Shown here: piece after piece, positions 24,001-37,349 of the stretch
Layout of the letters: the number at the start of each line of letters is the position of its first letter
How positions within the stretch are numbered: position 1 is the first letter of the stretch
Translations under genes and position numbers: made by a program
The notes under the pieces: generated by a model
The model's database searches: none
What the model saw: the letters and a program-made list of their open reading frames with translations, nothing else
What the model was told of the DNA's origin: nothing
NCBI GenBank assembly: GCA_977862235.1
Contig: OZ374562.1
Location: 1,736,001 to 1,800,000 of the forward strand
DNA: 64,000 nt
Reading direction: 5' to 3'
DNA from: Dudresnaya verticillata
Lineage: Eukaryota

Positions 24001-25619
24001 TTTGAGATGTGGATACAGTATGAGAATCTCTTGTAGACTTTCCTTTCTTGCATGACCTGCTGGTCGAAAGTGCAGCGCAGTTCTTGATTCCAATCTCCTT
24101 AACAGGAGGGATAGTTTTCTCGATTACAGCCTTGCTCGCATATCCAAGACGGGCATTTCATAGGTCTTCTGCATCCGGTTTTGTTAACAAAGCGGACTCG
24201 TCTTCAAGGCGCATATCGACTTCATAAAGACCATCATGTCGCTCGATACCCTTAGGAGAAATGTAAGCAGTACCAGGACGTGTGACAAATAATATCCCGG
24301 TTCCATCGCGGCTGCTGTCAAAAGTTGTGCGGAACCCCGCGCGTCGCAGCTTGTAACAGAAATGAGGTTGCACATCAGATCTGTAATGAATAAGGTGTCC
24401 TGCATGCGGACAGATTGTTTCAATCCATCAACCTGCACAAAACATTTTACGGTTCCGAGACCATACACTCTAGCCTTCTTTCCCTCTCCAACAGATACGG
24501 AGGTATCATTTTTTTCAGGGTTCAGTTGTTCGAAAAACGTTTTGTTGTTACACATGTTTAATGAGGCACCCAAATCTATAAACCACCTGTCCTTGAGGCT
24601 AATACTTGACCCGGAGCACAATGTGAGGCACGTAGCGATGAACGTGACATAATTAGACCCTGTGGAGTTAGGTGGGTCATCTGTGTCTTGGTGTTTGTTA
24701 CGAGCGTGATGGAAGCCGGTGAGGTAGAATCCTCCTCAAGGTGAGGAGGCAGCGACATCTCATGGGTGATGAGCATCCCAATTGTAACTTCACGTCCGTG
24801 TTTCATAGCGCGTATGACCTGTACCGGAGACTTGCAATCTTCCGTCAATCCGCGAAGAAGTGCTTGTTTCTTCTCGCTGTTGGAAACAATATGGCCGACG
24901 CCGGACAATTTGCTTTCAAGTTCCCGAAGGCGGTTGATGTACTTGATTACTTTCTCAGTAGGATTCACTTTCAATGCTTGGTATTGTTCGAGATAGGTAT
25001 CAACGGACGCTTCAGAGATAGCTTGATATGTCTTCTGCAGCTGGTTCCGGACTTCGGTTGGGTCACGGAGATCAATGATATCAGCATTACAGGAGTCATC
25101 AATGGTGAGAAGGATGATACTCAATGCTGAGTAACGACGGCGGAGATACTTGACTTGCTCGGTAGGGAGCTCTGGTACAGTTTCAGTACCATTGTCGATG
25201 TCCCAGATGCCCTTGCCATGGAGGACCAATTCGATTTTGCGCCACCAGCGGTAGCAATTTGTAGAGTTTAGACGCTCAATGTGGTAACGGCTGGTATCCA
25301 CGGTGTCCAGGGGTTCTGTCATCGTGGTACTGACGGCCGTTGTTACAGTGTAGCGGAGACGAAAAACAACATAGCCGTGTAGCGTGTAGTTGCCCATAAC
25401 CTGATAAATGTTGAGGGGTTGGTTCTGTAGTTTTGTTTTTCTATCTCTCTCAACTCTACAATGCCTGAGGCAATTTATGCTGTTATTTCCACGGAAGTAT
25501 CTCCAATGTTTTAAGAATAAAATGGGAACTCCTTCATTTGGGTACTTACGAATTCAGTTGTTGTTACATTCGTGTACATCCCGATTGAGGGCGTACCTCC
25601 TTTGTTACTTACTTTGATA
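21069..25619 (-). mobile_element. Ty1/copia LTR retrotransposon, full length but degenerate
   Basis: 218-bp LTRs 21069-21286 and 25402-25619; 5-bp TSD AGCTT (21064-21068 / 25620-25624); PBS GGTTATGGGC; PPT TGAGGGGGAA; gag-PR-IN-RT-RH order. Confidence 0.95.
21300..25397 (-). pseudogene. Copia gag-pol (fragmented)
   Basis: gag (ERLNSTN), protease WFIDLGAS, integrase LRTDN..SPESNGKAER, RT LLVYVDDML, RNase H SWRSKKQ..HIDVKSH. Confidence 0.92.
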
Positions 25620-26889
25620 AGCTTCAGGTACCGATTCGGACCCTGAACCGGTCTGTCATCCAGACTTCACGCAAGAGCGCCTGTCTGCAAACAAGAGCTT
25701 CCGGTCTTGATTCGGACCTGATCCGGGCTGCTACGAAGCCGCTGAAGAAATTACTGATCTACGGGTGTTCGCCGGGTCGGATCTTGATTACGTTTTCGAT
25801 CTAGACTTTACGGGTAATCTCTTGTTGATGCGCAGAACCTTGCGCCCTCGAACTTGGCGCGCAAGCTTCTGTGAGTCAGACCTGTTTGTCCCGATTCGTA
25901 CTTGGTCCTGCTATGGATCCGTTTGAGGCGAGAGCGCTCGTCGGCTCACATGATTGGCTTCTCCCATAAATAGTCTCGAAGTCCCGGCACAAAACTGCGC
26001 TTCATGTCAAAACAGTTCGAGCATGGGTTCAGGGGTGTGAGAGTTGTCCCGGAAGTTTCCCGAAATCGCACCAATTCTCTGCATTGAATCGTACCTCGAG
26101 GTAGAAACAATCCCCACATTTGGTCGTGAGCTATTTCTTCATCCGCGCCACCTAAGGATTCACGGGATCATCCGGATCTAACGCCCCATTTGAATTTACT
26201 TGCAAATACTCGGGAGGGCGCTGCGCTCCAGCACGGCGTTGCCATTCTATTTTTAATTTATGTAATTCGTGGCGTTCAGAGGGGCAACCATTGAGTAACA
26301 TATGCGTACGGACGCAATAGTTTAACTTCGGTTTCTACAGACAAAAATGAATTATTTACTTTCTGAAAACGGGGAACCTAGTACATGACGATCAAGGCCT
26401 GCTCGCTCGACTTCAAGAAAAGTATTAGGTCTTTTTGCATTATCAAGTGGTGCGTTCCTTTCAGCCAGTTACGATACGACATATTTCATTGATTTACACA
26501 CCCAACGAACCAGGGAATTGAACATCTATCAGCCCTTAGAACTGACAGTAAACAAGCATTTAAGCGATTTCAGAATCTGACTTTCAAAACATACTGGAGT
26601 CCAATAGAATTTTATTTCTCATTGAAAAGGAGAGCTCGCTCTGAGTACGGTGCCGAAATCCGATTGGCGAGTAGAACATTTGGTGGAAAGATATGCCGGG
26701 TTGCGTGATTTACACAAAATATTTCCAGGCTTTCCGAATTTTAATTTCTTTGCGTCGATTTGGCCCGCGAGGGCCACTCTCTGGTCTGCATTGGCTAAAT
26801 TGCGCCCGCCGATCCCCACCTATCCCGACGTCAGTGTCCGCACCCCCATGCCTCGATACCATAGCACGCCCCTTCTATTGCGCATAATT

Positions 26890-27795
26890 TCGCGGTAGTG
26901 CCCATTATCGCACAGTACCCCCCGCTACAAAGCCCTGCAGACGCGAGCGCAACGCTGTTTACACATCCGACTTGTCCAGAGCAGGACGGACGCGACGCTG
27001 GGCGCTGCGTGTGGCATACTATGCCCACTGTGGCCCGCGCAGCTGTAAGACCAGCTGCGCCACGTGTGCACCGCTGTGCGCACGCTGTCAGCCAGTGGCG
27101 CCGAAGCCCCACTGAACTGTAAGGAAGTGCGCTGTGGCGTCCGCACGTACACGTGTACGCGTGTGACACTAACACTTTCGTGTAACTTGCACGTTTATTT
27201 TTGTGTAGCGTACAGTACTGTCTAGTGTAAGCGGCGGTCGAACGCCCTGTTGTCCCACGCGTCGTGCGCACGTACTCCGGCGTAGAGCCGTTGAGTGCAT
27301 GACACGCGCGTGCGTACTCAGGCCTCGAGCCGTTGAGTACGTGTGGACCGTTTCGAACACGCGCGCCCCCGGGTTACCGTTGCCCGTACGCGTCGACGCG
27401 TGTCGAGGCGTGCCGGCGCACCTCCCGCGTTGGTGCCGCCGCAGGCCCTGTAGTCTAGTTAGTAGTTGCCCCTCCGGGCTTGAGTAAACAAAGGCAAGCC
27501 AGCCTACGCCAGGTTTGCCCCTTTCTTCTTTGGGTTTCTTTCCCAGTCTTTCGCCCTACGGCTTCCCTCTTTCCCTAGCCGCCTAGGCTTTCCTTTCACT
27601 TTTCCCACCGGCGGCTTCGTGCCGCCCCACGACGGGGACGCAGGGATCCGGTCGCTGCCGCCCGCGTACTATACGACTCCGCGCGCGGCCGACACCACCG
27701 CTCTACCACCTACCGCTCCCACCCTTCGACGGGTCTGGGTGCGACGATGAGATCAGCCGCGCTAGACGTCAGTTCGACCTGAATTCTATGTCACA
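26890..27795 (+). repeat. Possible solo LTR distantly related to family A
   Basis: Similar composition and motifs (GAGTAAACAAAGGCAAGCCAGCC vs family A GCAGTAAACGCCCGGGCAAGCCGGCC, followed by a pyrimidine tract); ends ...GTCACA. Boundaries uncertain. Confidence 0.3.
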
Positions 27796-28424
27796 AAGAG
27801 CTCGGAATGTGCGTAAATTAATAGTATGGGGCATAATACCGGCGGATGTTAGGCCTATCAAAATCACACGCCACGAGAAATGACAGATATACATGTTAGA
27901 AAGACCAAAAGGCGATGAAACGAGATGCCTTTGAGTAACCATTACGACATAATATGAGGCCCGGCTTGGTATACGAAATCGCAGACGATAAAACCAGACA
28001 CGAATTCAGTAATACATACGGTCTGCAAATGGGGTTATCCATAAGGGTTCGGCCTTATCCACGGGTTTAGGCTCAAACATTCGTATGGATGCTGCGCGGA
28101 TTTCAGGTGAGCCTGAACCGCCGGATCGGCGATTGCCGATGTGGACAGTCGACTTGAAATTAGATGCAACGGAATGCTCACATATTCAAACATCCAATAT
28201 CAACATGGTGTGGTTTCACGTTGCCTGGCGCGGGGAAGTAGTCATTACGGCGTGGCCAACTAAAGTGCCAGTATGCTTAAGCATGTGAAAGGTTTGTGGC
28301 CTGTCAGTCTTGTGGTATCGTATTCGTTAAACATGACTATATTGATCAAGCCAGTGCTGGGATAGCGCGTGTTATAATATAAGTGAAAGATACCTTAGGG
28401 TATTGAAAATTGTGAGACCGTTCA

Positions 28425-28990
28425 CTGCAGTGCGCACTATCCGCACAAGGGAGCAATAGCTTCGGACACTGAATTATGCAGTGGGATACCGCCCGTAATA
28501 TGTCATCGAAACAGATGATGGAAGTGATTAGGTTATTTTGGCATATGGTCGACAAAAAGCCGACTCTCTCGAACTCCCATAATCTAACAAGACACGGAGC
28601 TGTGTCTATCCGATATCTATTGGATGCTGCGCTTGAAGGGCTTGGGAAAATCATAAGGGTGGCACGGCAGTCGCCGATACCTTCGGTTGGGTAATGTGAG
28701 CCGGTTGATTGCAGTGCGCAAAAGGGAGCAATGTCTTCGAGCACTGAATTGCGCTGTGGAATACCGCCGGGAATGTGTTATCAAAAACGATGATGGAGAT
28801 GATTCGGATATTTGGGCATATGGTCGACTTTTGTGACGTTTGCCGACCATATATAACCACCAGAATCTAACATGAAGCGCAGCTTTGTACACTCTACGGC
28901 ACTGTCTAACCAAAATCCAAACACACATGGGCTCTTGCGTATGAGGGGTTCAGCCGTAATCTCGAGGATTGTGCGAGAATGGTGCGGTCT
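28425..28990 (+). repeat. Diverged ~280-bp tandem duplication, possibly a decayed repeat-domain coding sequence
   Basis: QWDTARNMSSKQMMEVIRLFWHMVD vs LWNTAGNVLSKTMMEMIRIFGHMVD in successive units. Confidence 0.5.
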
Positions 28991-29399
28991 GGAACACGCG
29001 GTGACCACAGGCTAGGAGCTGTGCTGCGAGCTGAACACAACGTTGCTAGTGTACGGTATGGTTGCGATCTGAGCACACTCTGGAACGAGTGAGGTATACA
29101 GTATAGTGCAGCAGTGCTATACTACGGTACCGTTGCAATGCTACCGAATCAGTTTTATTGCACTGGATTTGACGGGTTTGGGTACTGCGTGCTTTGGTTG
29201 CTGAGTACTATCTGGGTCCGAACGGGATTACAACGACTGGAGCTCTGGAATCGGTACGTCATCGGGTTTCGGAACCGACGCATCGGGACGACTCGGAGCA
29301 TGAGACATCGTTTCTCAAGGAACAAGGAATGGCGAATTACGAACATGCAAAACTTCGGAACTAAGGTTCTAGGTTGGGAGACCAGTATGGTATAACGAA

Positions 29400-30107
29400 T
29401 AGTCCTCGGAGACCCGGAGAAGTCTCGAACTGTAAGCGGTGGCCTCGTAGCCAAACGGTTGGCCTCGTAGCCAAAGGGAAACGAAGAAAGTAAAAGGGTG
29501 TTAGAATGGTAGAGCAGGGAGACCGACGACGAGGACTACGGTGTAAACGAATAAGTGGGTGGACGGGAGACATGAGAGCTAACGATCAGCGGGATATTCC
29601 GGGTGCGCGAGGCTATCGAAAGCAAGACTCAACCGTGTCTTTGAACACGCACTCAAAGTCACAAAAACACCCACAACGAAGAAAAAGAGTTTGCCGAGGC
29701 CTCCGAGGTCCAGATGCTGGTTGCTTACCGAGAACCCTCGATGTTCGTGCCAGACGACTGTCTAAATACTATCTATGAACACGGGTACGCACGCGCGTTA
29801 ACTCGGGAAGCAGCTCGTACCCAAGTAATACGTAACGGCCTCGGAGCCTGCGAAAGGTCGCCTCACGTATGGTGCCGGTTACGCACGTCAGAAATGCATA
29901 CGGAGGCGCACGTGCATCGTGGGCCTCGGAGCCGTTCTCGCAAGAAACAAACAGGAAACACGGAGGGATCAGCGATTTCGTATAGGGTAGCCCACCGTAA
30001 TGCAAATGCCATTCTGGCGCACGCAATCACGAAGCTACCCGAGATTGCATTTCTCGATTACCTTCACGGAGATCACGTAGTCAATACATGCAGAGCTCTT
30101 ATACCGG
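29400..30107 (+). repeat. LTR-like repeat family C, copy 1 (5' boundary unknown)
   Basis: Inverted homology to 31148-31485 + 32415-32898. Confidence 0.55.
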
Positions 30108-30109
30108 AG

Positions 30110-30764
30110 TATGGTACAACGGGCGTTGATGTCCTGTAGGGATAAACGTGCACAAGTCATTTCTATCAGGCATGCATAACACGTATGCCTGCAGGTGATA
30201 TGGCCCTACGCCATTGGAGGATTATTTGCAAAAGCGCATAGCACTCTGAGTGGCTGTGCCGCGCGATATTTTCGTGGATATTTCGGCGCACGGCGTCGTA
30301 CATTGACACCATGCGCACGGAGGTCCGACGAACACTCGTCCCTATTTTTATTCCGTATCCTAACTATTAGTGTATAGAGCTACGTGATACCATTATAGAT
30401 CTAATTTAGCAGGCAGTATATTTCCGGCTTACGCTGTATTCATTAGGCCCCGGAGTAACAGCTGATCCGAATTAAACGGTCCGCGGTGTCCTTCTTGGGG
30501 TTTCTCCCATTTTGGACGCTTACGGGGCTATCGCTACAACTATCTTCAGACATCTACAATCCTTGTCGTCTACAACGAATTATTCTACACCACGGGGTTC
30601 ACTTTCCCATTTTTCCTCTTGCAAAGGGCTTTAAACCTTATCTAGCCTCTATAGGGGTATACCACCCCTTTACGCAGCAAACATTCACGCTGTAGAATAT
30701 CAATTCCCAGACACCTGTCGCACTGTGTTGTCGTCCCCTCTGACATTGAAGTCATTCTACCACA
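30110..30764 (+). repeat. Diverged LTR of family B
   Basis: TATGGTACAACGGGC...GAAGTCATTCTACCACA, homologous to 33304-34023. Confidence 0.75.
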
Positions 30765-31147
30765 CATAGCCAGCTCTAAAGTCGTATTTAGTCAGCGATA
30801 CCGCTAGTGATTGTGGTGCTTTTAGCGACCGTCGATCACCTTGCTTTCCGCAGCGACCGCGCGCCGTGCCGCACAGGGCGCTTCCTGGTGCTCTCCGACA
30901 TCAAGCCATTGAGAGGACCGCTTCCCGTTACGCCTCGCGCGCGCCCATGGGTAGCCGTTAGCCAGAAGTTCTGAAACATGTATGGGTGCGCTCACCTCTC
31001 CGTGTTAGTGGCGCAGTAGCGCATGAACTATAGCAGTAGCCATAGATGTACAATAGAGTTGGGTGTGTCTAAGGCCGTCTGCCTTAGAAGGCTTATTAAA
31101 TCTGGGAAGAAACTGCTGGTGCGCAAGCTGCCCCAGATGTTCGGGAT

Positions 31148-32898
31148 TGTGGTACAGACGCTGTGCGCAAAACGACTCCGTGGTCTACGTGAAAATAATC
31201 GAGAAATACGAATTTCGAAGTGACTCCGTGAATGCGCACGCCACGATGGCAAACGTATTACAGTGCGCATACTGTGCGCGCTCCACGATGGCATTCGCAT
31301 TACAGCACGCACGCGATACGAAATCGCTGACACCTCCGGACGAATTCCGAGCTGACTTCGTGATCGCGCGCGCCACGATGGCATTCGCACTACAATCCGC
31401 ACCCGATACGAAATCGCTAACACCTTAGTGATCTTCCCGTTGTTTCCTGCGCGTAACGGCACCGAGGCCCACGACGCGCGTGCACTGTGGTGCAAACGCG
31501 TCTGTTGACGGACTGCACCTCCGGACCGTTCGTAGTCCGGTGGGTAGCCTCTGGAATCGGGTAGGTGTGGTAGAGCAAAAGGAACTCGCCGAGAGCGGAC
31601 TGTAAACGCCCTGGGTGGTAAAAGGAAAACAAGAGAACAAATGGAAAAGGAGGGCAGGAAGAAGCACGTCTTGGACGCAGTGCAGACGCGGAAGCGCGGT
31701 AGGTCAGACGCTTGGGCCTCAAGGCTAGCGGGTAGGTACAAGGTACGCGTAGCGCGAGAAGGGTAGTCTGGACCAAGGCCGGCTTGCCGGGAGTTTAGCT
31801 CAACGTCGGGGACGGATCAATTAAGTATAGAACTACCTAGCGGCGGCGGTGTGTGCGTGCGCGGCGCGCGGGAACTCGGGACACGTGTTGTCCCGAGGCG
31901 CGTCTGACAAGTTTCGTCCGTCATGCAGCCGCGCGTCTGACAGACCACGCGTAGTTCGCCGCTTGAGTACTTACACGTGCACGTGGATGTACCTCCTTAC
32001 AGCCTCACGCGTCCTGTAGAGCCTGCGATCTTCATTCCTACCAATCCCGATCCAATCCGGATTCGGGCCAGCTATGCGGATGCGTCAGGCTTACAGGCGT
32101 GTGCCTTACCCTTCTTGATACCGATGTCTGATCTCGATGCGGGATCCTGATTGAATCCGGATCCAGGCCACGCTTACAGCGAACGTTCCCGCCACTGTGT
32201 CATGCGCGAACGCGTGGCGCCGTGCAGTGCTGCGGCGTCGGGCGTGCGGTCTGTACTCCAAATGAGCAGTTCTGGCCCGGGTGGCCAGCGGCATGCGTCG
32301 GTGACGTGTTTGCACCGCCGGCGGGTTGAGCGCGCCGTTGGCGGTCGCCCGTCAGTAGACGCGGACATATAAACCCGCTTAAAGTGAAAAGAGGGACTCA
32401 CACCTGGCACTACATGCACCTCCGTATGCATCGCTGGCGCACTCCGTAACCGCCACCATACGTGAGACGACCATTCCTTCGCACAGAGGCCGTTACGAAT
32501 CATTCGCGTACGACCCGTCTCCCGCGTTGTCATGTATTCGTGCTTTACAGTGCTCACGTAGTATTACTTAGCCAGTCTTCTGGCAAACCTCCGAGAGTTT
32601 CCGGTAAGCGACTATCGACCGGACCTCGGAGTCTTCGGTAAACTCCTGTTTCTTCGAGCTCGGTGTCCTCGTCTTCGTGACCGCGGATACGTTCGAGCCT
32701 CGCTTTCGATAGCTCCCCGCACCCGGAGTCATCCCCGGCGATCGATCGCTCGAGTGCTCCCTTCCACGTACGAATACGTTGACACCGTGGTCCTTCGTGT
32801 TGGTCGCTCCGCTCTACCACGCTACCACCCTTTTTCCTTTCTCCGTTAGGCTACGAGGCCACGCATTAGGCTCCGTGGCCATTTTTTACAGTTTGAGA
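31148..32898 (-). repeat. LTR-like repeat family C, copy 2, interrupted by a solo LTR
   Basis: Terminus TGTGGTACAG at 31148; homologous (inverted) to 29400-30107; internal tandem repeats at 31230-31425. Confidence 0.55.
31486..32414 (-). repeat. Solo LTR related to family A
   Basis: TGTGGTGCAA...GCACTACA; flanked by the 5-bp TSD TGCAC (31481-31485 / 32415-32419); shares blocks with the C1 LTRs (GTCTGGACCAAGGCCGGCTTGCC, GGGAACTCGGGACACGTGT). Confidence 0.9.
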
Positions 32899-33303
32899 TG
32901 TAGTAGAATGACTCCTAAGTCAACGAGGACAACAACACAACAAGACAGCTGTCTTAGAAGATACTCCACTGCGTAGATGGTAGCTCGGTAAAGGGGTTTG
33001 GTAGAGACTGATAGGGCTTAAAGCTTTCAGAAGAGGGGAAAAAGGAAGGCGAACCCAGCCGTGTAGAGCACTTAGTCGTAGACAACGGGGCTTGTAGAAG
33101 CCCAAAGGGGTTTGTAGCGGTAGCACCGTAAGTATCCAAAAAGGGGAAAGCCCAAGGCACAGACCGCTGCCGGTTTAGTGCAGGGCCCCTGCTACTCAGG
33201 GGTCCCATAAATGCTAATACTTAGCTAATACTGTACAATACAGTTATGATATGTCCTTAGATAGGGATGAGTGGTCAGGCCACGAGGCGAGCGCGGCATC
33301 ACT
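32899..33303 (-). repeat. 3' half of an inverted family-B LTR, split by C2
   Basis: Reverse complement of ~33574-34023, lacking one ~45-bp segment. Confidence 0.85.
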
Positions 33304-34023
33304 TGTGGTACAACGGGCGGTGTCGCCCTGTAAGGAGCCACGTGGACACGAGTCCTCTGTAAGGAATGGCAGGCGCCAACCGCCCGGATATGGCTGGCTT
33401 ACAGATTGATTTAATTGCTGAAGCGCTCCTTCGCAGTAAGGCGCCCCGTGTACAGCTTTAATCTACAAGGCGCATTGCTCCAGATGATATGGCATTATGC
33501 TATTTGGGGATTAACTATGACCGCATCATCGCGCCATGCATTGCTGGCGAATGTTTGCCCCGCGGCGCCTGACAGTGACACCGCGCTCGCCTCATGGCCT
33601 GACCACTCATTCCTATCTAAGGACGTATCATAACTGTATTGTACAGTATTAGCTAAGTATTAGCATTAGAACTCTAACTGAGCGAGCAGCACCTTTTGCT
33701 CTCGCCGTATTTATGGGGCCCCTGAATAGCAGGGGCCCGGCACTAAACTGGCAGCAGTCTGTGCCTTGGGTTTTCCCCTTTCTGGATACTTACGGTGCTA
33801 CCGCTACAAACCCCCTTGGGCATCTACAAGCCCCGTCGTCTACGACGAACTGCTCTACACGGCTGAGTTCGCCTTCCCTTTTCCCCTCTGCTTAGGGCTT
33901 TAAGCCCTATCAAGTCTCTACCAAACCCCTTTACCGAGCTACCATCTACGCAGTGGAGTATCTTCTAAGACAGCTGTCTTGTTGTGTTGTTGTCCTCGTT
34001 GACTTAGAAGTCATTCTACTACA
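33304..34023 (+). repeat. 5' LTR of C2 (family B)
   Basis: TG...CA termini; followed by the PBS; homologous copies at 30110-30764 and the split inverted copy. Confidence 0.9.
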
Positions 34024-34424
34024 GTGGTCTCCCGGCCTAGAACAAGTTCTCAGGGTCGGACCCTTTTTCTACATTACCCTCGACGGGCCAAATCAAGAGA
34101 TTCAAGACAGGTCGTAACGTCCGTTGAAGTCCCAAGACTTGGAACATCGAAGGGTAAAACCCTAGTCGTCTAATTGTCGACGGTTTCTACGCTTTACAAT
34201 AAGCTCCGGAGTGACGTCAAATCTTGTGAGCAAGCAAACTACATTTAACGGTTTTAAAACCGTCCCCAGAAGTGTCCCTCAACGGCGGATTGACGCTCGG
34301 GTTGAGCCCGCTTCAACAGGTTTTCCGTGCAACCTGAGAAAACACGTGTAATCCTACGGTCCTCGACCGTCGAGAAGCTTGGTAAGAAGTCCCCGCTACC
34401 TCATCGGCAGAGCCGAGAAAAATA

Positions 34425-36875
34425 GTGGCAATAATGCCAACTTCTAATGGCGATACTACCCGGCCCGGACTATCGAGCCGGGGAGCAAGCCGCACAGGCA
34501 GTATTGCCTCCGCGAGAACTACGAGAATTCGCACCCTTGCAGTGACCACCGCTCTCGCAGTAAATCCCCTAACGGGTGGTCCGGGACCCCCGCTTCAAGC
34601 GACGGGCGCCCCGGCCGGAGAAGGAGTACCTGGCCCAAATGGGGACCAGGTCCCAGAAGGAGAGAACACGGTGCGAACCGCAAGAGGAGTCCCCGGTGAA
34701 ATCGGGGAGAATGAGGGTTCGAACCCTAGAATGTTGCTGCCATCGATGGCCCTTGCCAGTGTGCAAACCGAGGGCGGACCGGCCCTAGAAGAAGAATTTT
34801 TGGCGCCCCCGGACGTGGGGATGCCGACAAAAACGAAGTACAATTCGTCAGACGTCCGATGTTTCACCGAGGGAGAAATCGGACGAATGGTCGAGTTGGG
34901 AATCGAGCGTTCCTTGAAGACAAGTGTCGTGGTGCTCCTGGAAAGTCAGGCCGACGAAACCTTTCCAAAGGTCAAGAGATATATCGACGAGGCGTCGGCG
35001 CGCCGTGACGACCGTCCTTTGGCTAAGCGCCAACAGGAGATGGAATCTCGATTTCGGCAAGGTCCTCTTACAGGATTAGAAGAAGAGAGGGTCGAAACCC
35101 TGCAAGCGCAAATGGATTCACTAGGTGACCAATTGGACGCCGTCCATGGAAACCTCCATACGCTTACAAAGGTCACCGACCTAACTCTAGAAGAAGCTAT
35201 ATTGGCTATTGAAGACGTTCGACGAAACGTAGACGACACCAGGTGTGTTGAACAAGAAAGAGCTATTGAGCTCCTGAGGCAGGAGCTTGAAGTTGAAAAG
35301 CGGAAGGTAACGTTGCTGGAAGCAAAGATGCGACGACTCAGTCGCGAGAGGGATGTAATCCCTGAGGTCGAGCGCCGACGCTCCCCCGTACCCCGTGGCA
35401 CGAGGGACCGTCGCAGGACGTCTCCAAGACGTGATTCGGATGGGGAGTCTGGACAAGACGACTTTAGTCGTAGGAAGTCCACGCACCCCCGGTGTGATTG
35501 CCGATAATCGCACGGTCCCACTGTATGTCGGAATACACGGGAATCCAGTCAACACCGGCTTTCAAGCCGCAATCATGAGGGGCAGCGTCGAAACGCCTCA
35601 TACCCAGCGCCGATGCAATCGGATGAGGACGAGCCGACGTCACGAGGTCTTTCAAGACCCTCCTGGAGCTCCTGTCGAGGACCGCGTCGAGCGGGAATTA
35701 TGGAGTTAACTCCACGAAACCCGGCGTTCATACAGGTACATTCGTATCGGAGATACCGATTATTGAATTTCGATTCATATCGTGGGCCCGAGGTAACGGA
35801 AGCCACCTCGAAAAGATCAAGCAGATTAAATCCGTAATGAGGAGTCGGCGATTCGATGGGAGGGACCCAGTTTCCATCATAGGCTTTCTAGCCACCTTGA
35901 ATAGACAGTTGGACCAAGCCCAAGTGAGCGAAGGAGCGGCCATCCTGGTCATACCTGAATTCCTTGAAAAGGACGCGAAGGACATGTTCGAAGCAAATTT
36001 CGACGCGGCCGGAGACGACAATGGCGGATTCAATGAGTGGCCCGAGGCCATAAATTGCCTCTTACGGACTTACGCCAAAGACGTTTACATTGAACGGATT
36101 TCTTCTGAAATGGATACGATGAACCAAGGGTCAGAGGAAGACGAAAGCTCCTTTTCAAGACGCCTACAGAATAAGGCGCGAAAGGTCGCGGGAGTCTACT
36201 AGGAACAAGACTTGATAACTAGTTTTTTACGCGGGCTTCTACCAGCGGTGAAACCGGTTCTAAGTACGTCCTCTCTGGACCCACGCTCCGCGCGACTAGC
36301 CGACTATGTCGAGTTAGCGACAGCTCAGGGAGATTCGCACCGTGCCCTTGCGGGTGGTGCTCGTCTCAAGAAGGCGAGCTCCTCGCTACCTCGCAAAACC
36401 CTGGAACGGGTCAAGACACACAAGTCAGGACGAGCGCTCCTCATTCGCCAAAATAGGACTCAACGGTCCTCAGACACCGATTCCTCGAAGAGCAGCAGTT
36501 CTGAGGCCGACAATGAGGATGCAGTGGGTGCAGCCATTGGTCACGAAGCGCCTCCGTCCAGCGTAACCCAATCAGACTCGTGGTCTGCCACGTTAAGCGA
36601 CCACCCAAATCATGGCGATGTGGACGCAGTCCTTCAGAACTACAACCACAGGATGCCTGCGTGGGCTCAGCCCACAAGGACACAACGTCCCGGTTGGGTG
36701 GCTGTCGAAGACAGACCAAAGTGGCATATGCTTCGAGTGTCTGGGCGTGGGCCATAAAAAGCCGAATTGCCCATATCTGGCTCGTACGGATGAACCTTCA
36801 TTTGAGGTACTAAAACGCCAGCAGTTTTACCAACTGTCTCGCGAACAGAAGGCATGGTTAGCCACCGTAGGGTGA
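34425..36875 (+). pseudogene. C2 gag (fragmented) with CCHC zinc knuckle
   Basis: ORFs 34425-35507, 35837-36202, 36212-36757; CFECLGVGHKKPNC. Confidence 0.85.
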
Positions 36876-37349
36876 CTACCTGATTTCGTCCCGGGGAATA
36901 TCCGTAGGGAATAACCCGACTATGCGTCGTCAGGACGTGGAGCAGGGCCATCGAGGGGGCCTTCTCAGAATTTGGGATCTGCCCCAAGCCGAAATGGCCA
37001 TGTCCAATTTCAAGGGGGACTGAATCATCCAGTGGACACTCCGAGACAGCCGCCGACGGCGCCACGGTCGCCAAGACCAGGCTCCAGAAGCCTTCCGCCG
37101 CGTCCACCGCTTCCGCAGTCGCCTGCTAGTAGGCCGAAAAACTAGCAAGGGGGAACCGGTTTCGGTCCACTGGGCGACTCCAGTCGTATCGGAACCCCCC
37201 GATCGCTCCAAGGAATTCCATTTCCTATGTCCTCCCCCACTCAAACGATCGGTCTCGCGGAAACTCCCGCTCCCTCTTCCAAAGAAGGTTTTAGCACGCC
37301 CCGTGGGCTTAGCCCCGGGGTGCAAGTATGATGAGTACATTAAGGACCC

